Positions 31,037-43,195 are shown, counted from the first letter of the stretch. The stretch: DNA of 43,195 nucleotides from Craspedostauros australis (GCA_030167865.1 JALAGF010001683.1:1-43195); one strand, 5' to 3'. Numbers and translations are program-made. Notes: a model not told the origin generated them from the letters alone.

Positions 31037-33076
31037 CTAATTCCACAACTGACTGTCTTCGATGTTGCCCTTGATGGAGTGGATGTCGCCCTTCTTGCCG
31101 CGGCCAACCTTGTCGCGCCGTCTCCTTCCCTTACGGAAATCCATCTCTGCTTCTTCCTCTTCTTCCGTCATCATCTCCTGAAATCCGCTGACACTATCGA
31201 GCTTGCTGCCCATGACTTGCCGTGCGATTGGTAGCTGCCAACCGTAGGCGAAGACGGTGCTGGCACCTCCGCGTCCTGCGCGCGCCGTACGGCCCACACG
31301 TCGCACGTATTCGGCAGGGTCCTTGGGAAAGTCGAAGATGACGACGTGGTCTACGGGCGAAGCATCAAAGTCCACACCGCGCGCTGCGCGGTCGGTGCAG
31401 ATGAGGACAGAGTCCATATTCTCGTCATTCTTCTGCCCGCGGCAGAATCTGGCCAGGTTGGCATTGCGGCTCTCGGGCGTCATGGCGTTGTGGTAGGCGC
31501 CGACATCGTAGACGCGGCCCTTGCGGTCCTTGCGATTGAGCAGGTTCTCCACCTGACGGCAGGACTCGACGGTGTTGCAGAAAACGATCGTGCGGCGGCA
31601 ACGGTTCTGTCGCAAGGCCTTGAGCAGCTGCTGCGCCTTGATATCGAAACACATCTCGGGATTTCGGTTGAGCTGCGCCGGGACGGAGACATCGACGAGG
31701 CGTTCCTTCACGGTGGGCGCGACCCTATGGAGGCCCGGTCCTCGCACTTCTTGCACACCTGGGAACTCGGCCTTAACAGTCTCCACGATCTTATCCGGCA
31801 GCGTTGCTGTGACGAAGACGAATTGCGTTTGCTCAATATCTGCGTTGGCACCGACGGTGCGGAGCTGCTGGCCGAAGGTCTCATCCACCAGAAGGATGTC
31901 CACCTCGTCGAGTACGATGCTTTGCAGCTGCGAGAGGTCGAGACCGGAATTGCGCGTGCGCAGGATCGTGGAGATGCGCCCTGGTGTGGAGATCATGAGA
32001 TCCATGGGCGTGCGCTGGATCATGCGGATCTGATCGCGGATGGAAGTGGAGAACTTGCCCGTGGCCGTGACCACCATGGTCTTGATGGGCGCGAACTCGG
32101 ACACCCTATCGCAGACGAGACGGATCTGGTCCGCCAACTCCGCTGTGGGTGCGAGCACCAAGGCCTTGGGCGTACCGTAGGCTCCCTTCTTGCCGTTCTT
32201 CGACTGCAACGCCTTCTGCAGCATGGGCACCAGGTAGGCGAGGGTCTTGCCGCTGCCCGTTTGATCAGCGATGATGGTGTGTTTCCCGTTGACGATCTGT
32301 GGCCATGCCAAGGATTGGATTCGCGATGGGCGGGTGATGCCAGCGCCTCTGCAAATGAGCTGGAATATCTCGTCAGATGACTTGCTGGAGAACGATGGAT
32401 CATCGAGGGTCTTCTTGCTGAAGAAGTGGGCGTTTGTCGTGGAGATTTCGGTTGGCGTGATATCATCATCATGTACGTGATCATCGTTGTTTCTGTCGTA
32501 TCGCTGCCGAGTTCCTTGCCTGGTGTTCGAATTCGAGTTGGAGCGAGCTTGCGATTGCGATTGATACTGCTGCCTTTGAACCCATCCTTGTCCTTGTCCT
32601 TGTCCTTGTCCTTGTCCCTGCCCTTGCTGCTGGCGTTGCGGTTGTCTATCATTCCTATTCCTGCCACCACTATTGTAAGTGTTGCCATCACTGCCGTATC
32701 CACCACCCCGACTATCACGCTGCCGTCTTCGATCATTCGGAGCGTTGTTTGCGTTCCTATTTCTTGATCGAGTTGGTGGTGAGGATGATGGCCGGTTCCT
32801 TGTGATTGATGTTTGCTGCTTGTTCTGGTCACCGTACCAATCACTGTCATCGTCGTCGAAGCTGCGATTGTACTTGAGGTCATCATCATTATCGTCATCG
32901 AAATCCGACAGAGGATCGTAGCTGTTGCAGATGGATGTCTTGGAAGGTGCCTTCTGATTCGATGAGGTTCGTCCGTCCACGTCGCATGGTTGCAGCAACC
33001 TGCGATGACCTACGATCGGTTGGAAGGCCGCGCATGTCGAAGCCAGAAGGCTGATTGCAAGAATTCTTGTCGCCAT
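31037..33076 (-). CDS. Plastid-targeted DEAD-box RNA helicase, RH50-like
   Basis: Signal peptide [18 protein letters not shown] (ASAF-type cleavage). Motifs [46 protein letters not shown] and [18 protein letters not shown] are as in the plant RH50 subfamily. Confidence 0.93.
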   Translation of the reverse strand: MATRILAISLLASTCAAFQPIVGHRRLLQPCDVDGRTSSNQKAPSKTSICNSYDPLSDFDDDNDDDLKYNRSFDDDDSDWYGDQNKQQTSITRNRPSSSPPTRSRNRNANNAPNDRRRQRDSRGGGYGSDGNTYNSGGRNRNDRQPQRQQQGQGQGQGQGQGQGWVQRQQYQSQSQARSNSNSNTRQGTRQRYDRNNDDHVHDDDITPTEISTTNAHFFSKKTLDDPSFSSKSSDEIFQLICRGAGITRPSRIQSLAWPQIVNGKHTIIADQTGSGKTLAYLVPMLQKALQSKNGKKGAYGTPKALVLAPTAELADQIRLVCDRVSEFAPIKTMVVTATGKFSTSIRDQIRMIQRTPMDLMISTPGRISTILRTRNSGLDLSQLQSIVLDEVDILLVDETFGQQLRTVGANADIEQTQFVFVTATLPDKIVETVKAEFPGVQEVRGPGLHRVAPTVKERLVDVSVPAQLNRNPEMCFDIKAQQLLKALRQNRCRRTIVFCNTVESCRQVENLLNRKDRKGRVYDVGAYHNAMTPESRNANLARFCRGQKNDENMDSVLICTDRAARGVDFDASPVDHVVIFDFPKDPAEYVRRVGRTARAGRGGASTVFAYGWQLPIARQVMGSKLDSVSGFQEMMTEEEEEAEMDFRKGRRRRDKVGRGKKGDIHSIKGNIEDSQLWN
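32583..32626. repeat. (TGTCCT)n coding hexamer repeat encoding (QG)n in the helicase N-terminal disordered region
   Basis: CCTTGTCCTTGTCCTTGTCCTTGTCCTTGTCC on the + strand; protein [14 protein letters not shown]. Confidence 0.9.
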
Positions 33077-34145
33077 CCTGTTCCTCATCCTTGGTACTCG
33101 TCGGTACTGTGCTTGAACTCGCTTTCGAGAGTGCTGGTATGGAGCAAGTGGTTGTGTGAACTCCACGGCGTGTGGGCAGTGAGTGTGTACGAGCGGATTG
33201 CGGTATGATTGATTGAATGGAGTAAACGGTTGGTGGATGGCGACGAGAGTCTCTGTCCACTCTCTCCACTCTGATGTGTTGATGTGTTGATGCGTCAATT
33301 TGTCAGTGCGTTGATGCCGCCTCACAATTTTCAATTTGTTCTTTTTGGCTTTTGGTTGGTGTTGGTGAAGTTGTTGGTTGTGTTGATGTCGTCCACGTTT
33401 GTATCTGACGGGCGCACCACAGACAGCGCGGTTAACAACGAGTGAAAAACAAAGAGAACGAGGAAAACCTTTCTGCCAACAAACAACATCGGATGCGACG
33501 TGCGACGATGAGAGGGAAGAAAACTTGTCTCGGAACACTACCAAACCACACAAGAGGACATCCGCCAAACACAAAACAACCAAAGAAGCAACATGAACAG
33601 ACAGGTCTCGAGCAAATACAACTCCTCTCGGAAGCATCGACAGCCACCAACTCTTGTTGCAACTTCCACGTCCCACCCAGCTTCATTCTTGCCGTGACCC
33701 TTCTTGTCTCTCCACAAGCTGGGATAACCCATCACATCATATCATATCACATCACATCTCACAGGTAACATCGACATCCCAATACTCGGTCTCTCTCGAG
33801 CGGAATAAGATCAACATCAACAATCGCTCTCTGCGGTCAGCTCTTCCTGATACAACTTTTACTTCACTCACAACAATCAATCATCAATCAGCATCCGTGA
33901 AGCACCTATCGACCCAACAATCATAACAACACGTGCAATTATCAAGACAAGTATTATTCGACCTACTCCAGCATACTCGTACTGGAGTGGCGCAAACGCA
34001 GACACTGCACAGCATCTCGCCTTGCATGTGCGGGACAGGCTCTTCGGCAACGAGACCAACGCAACGCCTGCCTCACCAGCAACAGCGGCAACGGCAACCA
34101 CAGCAACGGCAACACACAAACAACTGCATCCAAAACCAAGAAGCC

Positions 34146-36155
34146 ATGGCAACCCCCCGAGTCGCCTCCCCCGTGTATTCACCGTTCCTGAATGCTCCCA
34201 ACGACCCGCCCGTCGTCTTTCAAGCCATCCAATCCACGGCCTACAATCATCAGATGGAAGAGGAAGAGGAGCGCTGCCGCGCATGTTCTTCCACCGCTCT
34301 GATCGTCGACTGGAGGCAAGGCGACCGCGTTTGTACCAACTGCGGGGTCGTGGCCGACGAACGATTGCGAGATGATCGCGCCGAGTGGAAGGACTTTAAC
34401 GAGGTTGAGGACATGGTCAAGGGCAAGCAGAATGGGGCCAGATGCGGCATGGTTCCCGTCGACGAAACCAAGTACCTCGGCGGCCTACAACCCACCATGA
34501 TTTCCAATCAGGCCTACGGTCCGTCCACCTCGGGTGGATACGACGCTGCCACCATCCGCAACCGATTGGTATCGACGAACCGCAAGCTCGATCACATGAT
34601 GGAGCAGGTTCACGCCAAGTCGCTCAGCGATGCCAACCTCATCGAACGGTTGAAGAGAAAGCGAGCTGCCAAGTTGGAGCGGCAGAACGAGGTGGCTGCC
34701 AAGAGGGCCAGGCGGCCAGAATTCGACAAGCTCCTTCTGCAGGAAGAAAAGAGTGCGCAACGCGCTCCGATCGTGATGCTGCACGGCGACAAATGGTCGT
34801 TGGCACGCGCCATCAAGCTCTACGGGGAAAGTCACGACCACGTGGAACACGCCAGCGAGGAAAACGGCGACAGCAACCACATGGGAGACAGGGAGCAGAT
34901 GCTTGCCAGCATGGACAAGAACCTCAAGAAGGCATCGCAGGATCTGTATATCGCATACTCCATGATCACCAACGGCGCAAGACAGCTGAACCTTCCGGCT
35001 CGGGTCATCAACGAGACGACCGGCCGGTTGGTGCGCTTCGTCACACGCAAGGACGGCTTCTCCGTACCGGGAATTTCCAGCCGCCTCAGCAAATCGCAAG
35101 GTGCCACCGACCCGACCATTCGCAAACGGGCCACGGAGACGCTGAGGATGTGCAATCAACGCCGGCAGATCGCCGCGCTGTGTGGTACGCTCCTATTCCT
35201 CACGGCACGAAGCATGGGTTGGGCCAGATCCTTCAAGGATATTGTTGCCAACTTCCAACCGATCTACGATGATGACAACAGTACCAACAGCAACAACAAC
35301 AACGCGGCCGGCACACCATCCATACCACTGCCACCTCAAATCCTATCGCTCAAACTCAAGCACTGCAACAAGGCCATCACCGAGATCAGATCCGTCTTCC
35401 CAGAGTACACGCGCAACACGCAGCCGCTTTCGTCCGATACGACCGGTCAGGGAGATGCCAGCGGTCCCAATGAAATCGACACTCTCGCCAACCTCGCCTC
35501 TCACGCGGCGCAAAAGCTGCAGCTGTCGCCCGTCGCAGAAGCCACGATACAGACGCTGCTGGCGCATTGCCGCAAGGAGCAGATAGAAACGGGCAAGCAC
35601 AGCGGGACCAACCTTCCTGTCCTGTGCGCGTCAGTGACGTACTTTGTCGCGACCGCCGGGGCCGTTATGCAACGATTGGCACGGCAGAGCGAAAAGGGCG
35701 GTGCATCCAGCAGCAAGTCTGCATCGTCCACATCGCCGCAGCACGCATCAAACGACGACAACGACAGCGACGACTCCACGGACAACGAATCCAGCAACGA
35801 CGAAGAGATTCCTTTCGATGTCTTCACTTGTCCAGCGATCCTGGAAACGTCGTCGGACACAATGGAGTACGAACTGAAACGCATGTGGGATACGTGGATG
35901 CAGCAGATGCCTTGGTCACGCACGCCCGCCGAGATTGAGCAGTCCTGCGGGGCCACGCGCACTTCGTTCCTAGAGGTCTACAAGTCCCAACTGTATCCTC
36001 GACGGGCCACGCTGTTGCAGGTGCTGCGAGATGCCGTCAGCAACGATCAAACGAACACAGACAGCAAGCATTCCGACACCAACTTCCTCACCAACAGTGC
36101 CATGGCCAAGATCCTTCTCAATAGGATGGACTTTGCCGGGCCGCTGAAGTGGTAG
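34146..36155 (+). CDS. Divergent TFIIB-family protein (Zn ribbon + two degenerate cyclin-like repeats)
   Basis: CRAC...DWRQGDRVCTNCGVV...DDRAEWKDF (Zn ribbon and B-reader). ARQLNLPARVI, AALCGTLLFLTARSMGWARSFKDI and AQKLQLSP resemble cyclin-fold repeats. Start chosen at ATG 34146. Confidence 0.8.
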   Translation: MATPRVASPVYSPFLNAPNDPPVVFQAIQSTAYNHQMEEEEERCRACSSTALIVDWRQGDRVCTNCGVVADERLRDDRAEWKDFNEVEDMVKGKQNGARCGMVPVDETKYLGGLQPTMISNQAYGPSTSGGYDAATIRNRLVSTNRKLDHMMEQVHAKSLSDANLIERLKRKRAAKLERQNEVAAKRARRPEFDKLLLQEEKSAQRAPIVMLHGDKWSLARAIKLYGESHDHVEHASEENGDSNHMGDREQMLASMDKNLKKASQDLYIAYSMITNGARQLNLPARVINETTGRLVRFVTRKDGFSVPGISSRLSKSQGATDPTIRKRATETLRMCNQRRQIAALCGTLLFLTARSMGWARSFKDIVANFQPIYDDDNSTNSNNNNAAGTPSIPLPPQILSLKLKHCNKAITEIRSVFPEYTRNTQPLSSDTTGQGDASGPNEIDTLANLASHAAQKLQLSPVAEATIQTLLAHCRKEQIETGKHSGTNLPVLCASVTYFVATAGAVMQRLARQSEKGGASSSKSASSTSPQHASNDDNDSDDSTDNESSNDEEIPFDVFTCPAILETSSDTMEYELKRMWDTWMQQMPWSRTPAEIEQSCGATRTSFLEVYKSQLYPRRATLLQVLRDAVSNDQTNTDSKHSDTNFLTNSAMAKILLNRMDFAGPLKW

Positions 36156-36827
36156 GCGACGGAGTTTTGTGGACATTTGTTGTTAAAAAATCAGCAAGTG
36201 AACGGTGCAGTCCAGTTGTGTGCAACAACGCTGTAAATGCTTGCTGTTGCATGATGTTGTACGATAGCATAATACTTTGGAGAGATTTCTTTGCCTCTGA
36301 ATAGTCTTAGAGGTCGCTCGTGGACTCATACGTACGCAGTTACGTCAAGTTTCCTCTGGTGGTCGTACATAATACTGTTGCGACATCAACAACGTTTGGG
36401 AGCAACTACACTCATGAACGTAGTATCTAGTTTGACTATGTGGACTCAATGGAATATCTCAACGGCTAAATAACTGCGATTGAGTCGGATCGTGTTTGGC
36501 AATGGGATCAACATTGGCAACACGAAACAACACGAAGAGGAGAACAAGAACGAGGCAGGAGGAAACAAGCCTTCTCCTACCACCTCCACGATGAATTCTG
36601 CCACCAGGAAAGGATCCCTGCAAACCATCGTCGCATGTCATAGATTGTGTAGTGGATCGCGCGTGCACCAGACTCGCACGTGTAATAGCACCAACACCAA
36701 CACCAACACTCGAATTGCAGCTCCATTCTGCATCATACCTGCATTACGCCTGCTGCATACGGACAAGGACCAGCGTGAAGCATCCAAGAAGCAGCAACAA
36801 GCAGCAAGAACACAGAGAGTCGAGAAG

Positions 36828-39800
36828 ATGGCAACGATGAGACGAACGGTCAATCCATTCGATGATCCGATGGACAGAGCAGCTCCTGCGGATTCCTCCA
36901 AGTTCGGCAAGACTCCAGCAAAGACGAATCCCTTTGATGGTCCAACGTCACCAGCACCTGCATCGAACCCAGGCGGCAGACCATCCGCCGTCAATCCCTT
37001 CGCAAGTCCGACAGCGCCAGGCGGTGCTGGTGGCATCGTGGACAACTTCGGCGGTGACAACAACAGCAAGGACAGCTATGGCGACGATGACGAGGGCGCA
37101 GACGAGGGCAACTCCAACGACTTTGACACCACGAGCGAGATCGGTTCCGGTGCGCCCGTCGAAGCCAGCTGGCAGTACCTCGGCGATCTGCCGTACCGCA
37201 GGTTGCCAGTCTACTCCAACGTCCGATGGGGAGGCGACGACGAAGATGACGACGGCAACAACGAAGGGCCCAGTGGTGGTGGCGCGGTTCTGTCGTCTGC
37301 GCTGAACTACGGATTGTCCGCCTTCCCACGTTCTGCGTTGCAGCGCCATCCGAACATGCTCAATCCGTTGGAACTGCGCGAACTTCTCAATTCGTCCACG
37401 GTGACGAAGGTGGTTGGATGCAAGTTCGGCGGCCCCCTCGCCTCCGTCACCTTGCCCATCGTGGGTGAGACGTCCTGGTTCAGCCAGACGGAGATCCGGA
37501 TCTTGACCAGCGCCGGAAGGCAGCTGGCGAAGATCGCCTTCCCCAGCCAAGGTCTGGAACGCAAGTACACCCCGGCGGACATCATCACGTTGGGATTCAC
37601 GGATCGCATGACGCTGGTCGTGGTTCTGCGAGATTCGTTGTGCTTGACGTACGACGTCAAGGGAGAGGCGATCCTGCCACCCTTCCACATCCTCCCCAAG
37701 GGCGAAGGCAAGGGCTTGGAGCTGCTGCACGCGGCAGTGTTTGAAGGTGGCGCGGCGGCGTTATCCTTGAACAAGGATGCAGCCATCGTGGAACTGCTGG
37801 ACGAACATGACGATCCAGCATATTACGCGTCGGCGCATATCGGAGCGCGTCAGGTGCTGCCGCGGGCATCGGCGTCGTCAGATGCGTTCGGATTTGGCAG
37901 CAGCGATTCCTTGCCGCCGCATTGTGGTTTGGTCACGTACCTGCCCACGGCCGCATTTGCGAGGTGAGTCAATTCGACGCAGCATCTCAGTTGAGAATCG
38001 GGGAATAGCATGGGAGGAGAGATAGGTGGCATACGATCTGCCCGTAATGTCTGTGATGCTCGCGTTTCATCGTACTGCGCGCCCGGTTTGGATCAACAGG
38101 CAGGCTGGGAACTTCATGGAAGTGTGCATCTGACTGAACTGGGCTGCACATCCAGCTAACCCCAACCATGCACTTGCTTCTTCCTTGCATTTGAAAATCA
38201 ATGCTGCCCTTCTTTGGCTTCGCATGGCGCAATGCAAACGTTGACAACATATGACAATGATATTGCTCGACAGCGAGAACTTTTTGTCTTACGCATCCAT
38301 CGCGGTTCTGCCGAGAACACGGACGGCGTCAAAGCATCCCGAAATATTCCTTTCCACCACAGACAACTCGGTCGTCGTGGTGGATGCGGCCAGCACCAAT
38401 ATCAAGGACCTCAACTGCAGGGCGCGCATATCATCACCGATTGTGGAAATGACCTTCGCACCGAACGGCCGCTTTCTGGCATGCTTTACAGAGTCGTCGA
38501 TGCTCACCGTCATCTCGACCACCTTCGAAACCAAGGTCCTGGACTTTGATACGTCGGAAGGATCATCGCTGCCGCCGCTGGAAATGAAGTGGTGCGGTGA
38601 GGACAGGTACGACCACCATTTGCAAGCCATTGCGAGTGCACATCGCGTGTTTCAAAGACAGGCGCGAGTACGGGCACAGCTACTGCTAGTTTCCCCGTGT
38701 GTCAAAGCGTTTGCCCAGGAATGATATCAACTTACATGGTTCTTCTACTACTCTGTGCCGCTGCTCTTGTGTCATACCCTTACATGCTATGTTTCACAGC
38801 GTCGTACTCCACTGGAAGAACCTGGGCGTGTTGATGGTCGGACCTTACGGAGACTGGCTTCGCTTTCCATACGAAGATGTGGGCAGCATCTACCTCATCC
38901 CAGAGATGGATTGCTGTCGAGTCATCACAGACATTTCGGTGGAGATCCTACAACGCGTTCCGCCAGCAACAGCTCTTCTCCTGCGCATCGGGTCCATCGA
39001 ACCATCCGCCATGCTTCTCGATGCTGCGGATGCATTCGAAAAAGGGTCCGCGGCATCCGACGAGGCAGCTCGGGCCATCACCAAGAGCGGCATGCTGCGG
39101 GAGGCAATCGAGACCTGCACGGACGCGGCAGCTCGAGAATTTGACATCGCCACCCAGAAACGGTTGCTGCGCGCTGCATCGTACGGCATGCACTTTTCTT
39201 TCAAGGATATCAACGACAGCAAACGCATCATGGGAGGGGATCTGGCAGGAACGAGCGAGGACGCAGCGTCGAGTGCGATATCGACCATGCCAGCTCTCAC
39301 GACCACCCAATTCGTCGAAACTTCCAGAAAGCTGCGCATCCTGAATGCACTGCGGCACCCATCTGTGGGGTTGCTGTTGACATCGGCTCAATACGATGCC
39401 ATCTCACCGACTGGAGTCATCGCCCGCGTGATCGCCATCAAACGACCGGCGCTTGCAACATCTATCAGCAAGTACCTCCATCTACCGAAGGCGATCCAGC
39501 TGCATGCAAAAGCATCGAAGGCGGCAGCATTCGTTTCGAAAGACACGCGCATGTCAGATGCGGAGGTGGCGCAGGGAGCCATTCAGATCATCAACCAGAG
39601 TTCAGACAAATCTGCATCGTACAATCTCTCGTCGAGTGTGAACCGTGGTGGATACTCGACCGTGGCACTCGCGGCGAGCAGGGCGGGTCGGCCAGGTGTG
39701 GCGAAGCTGCTGTTGGTGATGGAGACCAGCATTGCGGACAAGGTCCCCGCGTTGATTGCAACGGGTGCCTACGCCGACGCTGTCACAGTGGCGACGTCAG

Positions 39801-40687
39801 CGAGAGATGCCGACCTCCTCTTCTACAGCCTGCTCGAATTCCAAAAAATCAGCGCCTTCAAGATGGCGGACCCCGCCAAGGCGAACCAAGCGTTCTTCGG
39901 AACTGTCGTCTCCAAATTCACTCCGGAAGGATTCCATTCGTTGCGCAGGTACCTCAACACTATGCCGGATTCCAAGTCAGTCATGGGGTTGCTGCTGATC
40001 GCCCAGAAGTTCTCCGACTGCGGTATCACCATCGCAAAGAGAACCTTCCAGCAGAAGCTGGATGGAAGGGAAAAGATCGGCACGTTGGCGGAAGCCTCGC
40101 GAATATTCGCCATGGGCAAGGACTCCACGTTCCAGAAAGCCTGCACCGATGATTACATGGACTTGCTGAAGGATCAGGAGATCCTGCGAACGAAGTACGG
40201 CTCCATCGACGTCGCTCCAGAGTCATCGTCGATCACGGAGACCATCTCATCGCTCCTGCGATTCGCTGGCCAGAACGAGCGCGATCAGCACCGCCTGTTG
40301 GCGGATGCGGACAAGGTATCGAAGAAGTTCAAGCTGCCCGAGAAGGTGCTGTGGCATGCCAAGGTGAAGGCGTTTGCCGAGACCAATCAGTGGGGGCCGC
40401 TGCGGAACCTTGCGAATTCGAAGGCAAAACCACCAATCGGTTTCAAGCCATTCGCGAGAGCGGCAATCAAGGCGAGGAGAAGCACGAACGAGGTCGCGCA
40501 TTACATCGAACGGGTGACCATACCTGAGGACAGGTACTCTCTGTTCTGCGAGGCGGCGCAATGGAAGCGCGCGCTGGAGGAGGCTGTGAAGCTGAAGGAC
40601 GAGCGCCGTGTGATTGACGTGAAGGCCAGATGCAACTCAACCGATCTTCAGATGCTTGCTGATGAGATGCTCGCGCGGTTGGCATAG
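36828..40687 (+). CDS. VPS16: Vacuolar protein sorting 16 (HOPS/CORVET subunit); exons 36828-37963, 38274-38606, 38800-40687
   Basis: FGGPLA, APNGRFLACFT, spliced WCGED|SVVLHW, PEMDCCRVI, QKRLLRAASYG, LRILNALR, KKFKLPEKVLWHAKVKAFA, KPPIGFKPF. Introns GTGAGT..GACAG (37964-38273) and GTACGA..TCACAG (38607-38799) are both phase 2 and keep the frame. Confidence 0.95.
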
Positions 40688-41022
40688 TTTACGACCTACC
40701 ACAAGGCGAGTGATTGGTTGGTGAGTTGGTTGGCCGGTTCGTGTTTCTGGCATCCTGAGAACTTGAGCACCATGAACAGGAAATCACAATGGAACTCTCA
40801 TGGATTGTACAATTGCAAGCACTTAGAAGTATGCAACAGAAGCAACATCGAAATACGATATATCGCAAGCACCATACATGCTCTGAATGAATTGAATCAC
40901 AGTGTAGCGTGGAGTCGTGTAGTCTATTGAGTTCTCTGGCACTTTCTGCGCACAGTCCTTATATTCTACAACAATCATGCAGTCGCGCGATACCCTGTTT
41001 GGAGCACATCACCTTCCCCCTT

Positions 41023-42792
41023 CTAATGCGCTGGCCTCATCTTTCGCAGGTGCGGCGCCATCTCCTTTTGCCTTTGCTTCAGCAATCTCTGCGCCACCGG
41101 CATCTTGCTTTCAATGAGAGCCGGCAGAAGCCGCAGCTCATCCTTGCTTGGACTTGGCCACGCTCTTGGGTACCACGGTCCGTGTTCGGCAACGATCTCA
41201 TCGGCTGTCCTCCCGCCATTGGATTCATCGTACAGCACGCTTGGTTCGAACCCGTAGCCTTTGGGAATGCGCGCCGTGCCAGGGCTGTAGCGGATAGAGT
41301 ATCGTTTGTAAATTGCGGCAAGCGGTTCAGTTGCAGTGTGGTCATCGGCATCCATAGTCTGCGAAGAGGTTTGCCTCGCTTCTCTCATTGCTGTTTTGTT
41401 GAAGGGAACCGTCCTGTGGAACAGCCAGCGCGTGTGAAAGATGACATCACCACGTTGCACGTCGTACACCCGGCTCGTATCCTCCATCCTCTGGTGAAGA
41501 TGCGGCGCCGAAGACTTGATGTTGCACGTCCCTTCGCCGGTTCGATTCGCCACCATGTCGGCTGCGGAATGAAATCCCTCTTTGGGTATGGTCGGCGTCG
41601 CGCCAGTGACTTTGTAGGCCTGTTCTCGCCATCGTGCAGTGTGGGAACCAATCGCAACTGCGAAACCACCGCCGCTGTGCGATGGAATGTCATCTAACGC
41701 GATCCATGCATTGATGCCAGGTGAATCGGCGTCAGCAGGCCAAAAGCCAAAGTCGTCGACATGCCAACCGCAGATGAACTGTTCGCTGTCCTTCGCCAAG
41801 AAGATGTCGCGGAATAATCGCAGCGTATCGCCGTTGCCATCATGATCGTCGTCGTTGTCACGATTGCTTTCATCGAGACGCAGCAAACTCGCCGCAACCT
41901 GTGGAATAGGACTGGCAATGGCGGTTTCCAAGAAGCTGGGTAAATCGAAGGATTCATGATCGGAATGATTGGTAGCTCGCGATGGTGGTGCCTTCAGCGC
42001 CACCCCATTCTCGACCGTGTGGAATTGACGCTTCTTGTGCTGGCCGCGTCCTCCATGCGTGGTTCGCTTGGCCCTGTACGGCCGAGAGGCGATGCTTTCT
42101 TCCAGCAACTTATCGGAAGCCGCAATCAATCTGGATAACAGGGCTGGATCCAGCAATCCTCGAATGGCGATGACACCGTCTCTGTCGAAGGCTTCCTTCA
42201 TGTCCTGTGTTATGGCTGATCCACCGAGTTTGGCTGGGCGGCTTGCTATTTGCGATGCGTCCACGATATGCACATGGGGCGGATAGATGGTAGGCATGGG
42301 TCCCAACATCCATTGGTTAAATATGTGCGTGTAGTCCAACTCAAGGCCGATGGCCACCAGCAACGATGTCGCAAAGAGCAAGAACGAGGCGAGGAGGCTC
42401 AGCCGGGAATTTCCGAATATGGCCAGATGCGAAAGGAGCGTGGCGTTGTCCCTTTCCCACGTTCCATGATTGGCATCGTTCGTCAACGAGACGCTGTCAT
42501 CACTATCATCGTCCTTGATATCACCGTCGTCGCTGCCGCCGTTGCTGCTTTCATCGGTGTCATCACTGGAATGGCTGTGGCTATCATGCTCTTCCTTTTG
42601 CTCGTTCCGGCTCCTTGATGTGTCATCAACAATCAAGCTGCTGGAGCTGACGTGACCGTCTTTGGTCTTGTTGTCTTGATCACGTTCTGTTCCATCGTTC
42701 CCATCATGATCATCGTTGTTAGCCGTATTCTTGTTGTTATTCTTGTTGTTCTTCTCATGCTGAGGCTTTTGTTGCCTCTGATCGGACGTCAT
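41023..42792 (-). CDS. Membrane-anchored PhyH-family Fe(II)/2-oxoglutarate dioxygenase-like protein
   Basis: AFDRDGVIAIRGLL, GWHVDD (HxD), INAWIALDD, GGFAVAIGSH, GDVIFH..WLFHR (distal His). TM segment LSLLASFLLFATSLLVAIGL follows an acidic N-terminus. Start is 42792 or 42855. Confidence 0.88.
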   Translation of the reverse strand: MTSDQRQQKPQHEKNNKNNNKNTANNDDHDGNDGTERDQDNKTKDGHVSSSSLIVDDTSRSRNEQKEEHDSHSHSSDDTDESSNGGSDDGDIKDDDSDDSVSLTNDANHGTWERDNATLLSHLAIFGNSRLSLLASFLLFATSLLVAIGLELDYTHIFNQWMLGPMPTIYPPHVHIVDASQIASRPAKLGGSAITQDMKEAFDRDGVIAIRGLLDPALLSRLIAASDKLLEESIASRPYRAKRTTHGGRGQHKKRQFHTVENGVALKAPPSRATNHSDHESFDLPSFLETAIASPIPQVAASLLRLDESNRDNDDDHDGNGDTLRLFRDIFLAKDSEQFICGWHVDDFGFWPADADSPGINAWIALDDIPSHSGGGFAVAIGSHTARWREQAYKVTGATPTIPKEGFHSAADMVANRTGEGTCNIKSSAPHLHQRMEDTSRVYDVQRGDVIFHTRWLFHRTVPFNKTAMREARQTSSQTMDADDHTATEPLAAIYKRYSIRYSPGTARIPKGYGFEPSVLYDESNGGRTADEIVAEHGPWYPRAWPSPSKDELRLLPALIESKMPVAQRLLKQRQKEMAPHLRKMRPAH

Positions 42793-43195
42793 TGTACTAC
42801 TACGAGTCGATTGATGTGCGTGTCCTCTTGCAACGCAGGTCTTTGGTTGTTCCATACCCGCACCAGCGGAACATGAGGCGGTATCAGCACAAGCGTGTGA
42901 AGAACAATTTCGCTGTCACCATCACGGTGGTCACATTGGTTCACGATGTTGAAGGGGGAAAAGCTGCGGTAAAGTTGCAATATACCATGATGTCACTGAA
43001 AAATTGCTGAAAATTGGTATTTTCCCTTCATGCCCCCATTGACCGGTGACCGAATTGTCTGTACTACCACCAGTACACACGATTGAGCAACAAATGGACA
43101 GGCACTCTACCTCCAAAAGAGACTACATATGTGAAGGCATCTGTCTGCAAGAATACAAGTGCATGGCTCATCCTGCATGCACAGTTGATGCTTCT

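Noticed and set aside
33077-33676. 200-aa N-terminal extension of the DEAD-box ORF (likewise upstream extensions of the ankyrin, TFIIB-like, Vps16 and TrmK ORFs)
   Set aside because: These start at non-ATG or weak codons and have low-complexity UTR-like sequence. The helicase has a clear signal peptide starting at 33076.
14119-42792. A biosynthetic gene cluster around the FAAL-Pls gene
   Set aside because: Neighbours (folate enzyme, TrmK, TrxR, helicase, TFIIB-like, Vps16) are unrelated housekeeping genes. No PPTase, PKS or transporter is adjacent, and the dioxygenase is over 22 kb away.

Overview
Eukaryotic genomic DNA with GT-AG introns, a bipartite plastid-type presequence and compact, mostly intronless genes. 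It is most consistent with a diatom or other photosynthetic stramenopile (inference). The first ~10.5 kb is a decaying mosaic of SRR1-like, trypsin, BTB and coiled-coil gene fragments. It also contains tandem duplications whose differences cluster at CG/TG/CA/TA dinucleotides, an internally deleted copy of the 9.1-12.5 kb segment, and one ankyrin-repeat ORF with near-identical repeat frameworks but variable binding-face residues. From 10.6 kb on, the window is gene-dense: secreted trypsin-like protease; FAAL + carrier + Pls/PosA-type membrane synthetase; 1080-aa hypothetical protein; small membrane protein; HPPK-DHPS; TrmK-like methyltransferase; Grx-fused selenocysteine thioredoxin reductase; plastid RH50-like DEAD-box helicase; divergent TFIIB-like factor; Vps16 (3 exons); PhyH-like dioxygenase. 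The reductase ends GC-Sec-G and has a candidate non-canonical SECIS and a hairpin just after the stop. Top leads are the FAAL-T-Pls synthetase, the selenoprotein recoding signals, the YpR-focused repeat mutation signature and the ankyrin array. All calls come from reading motifs by eye; no searches were run.
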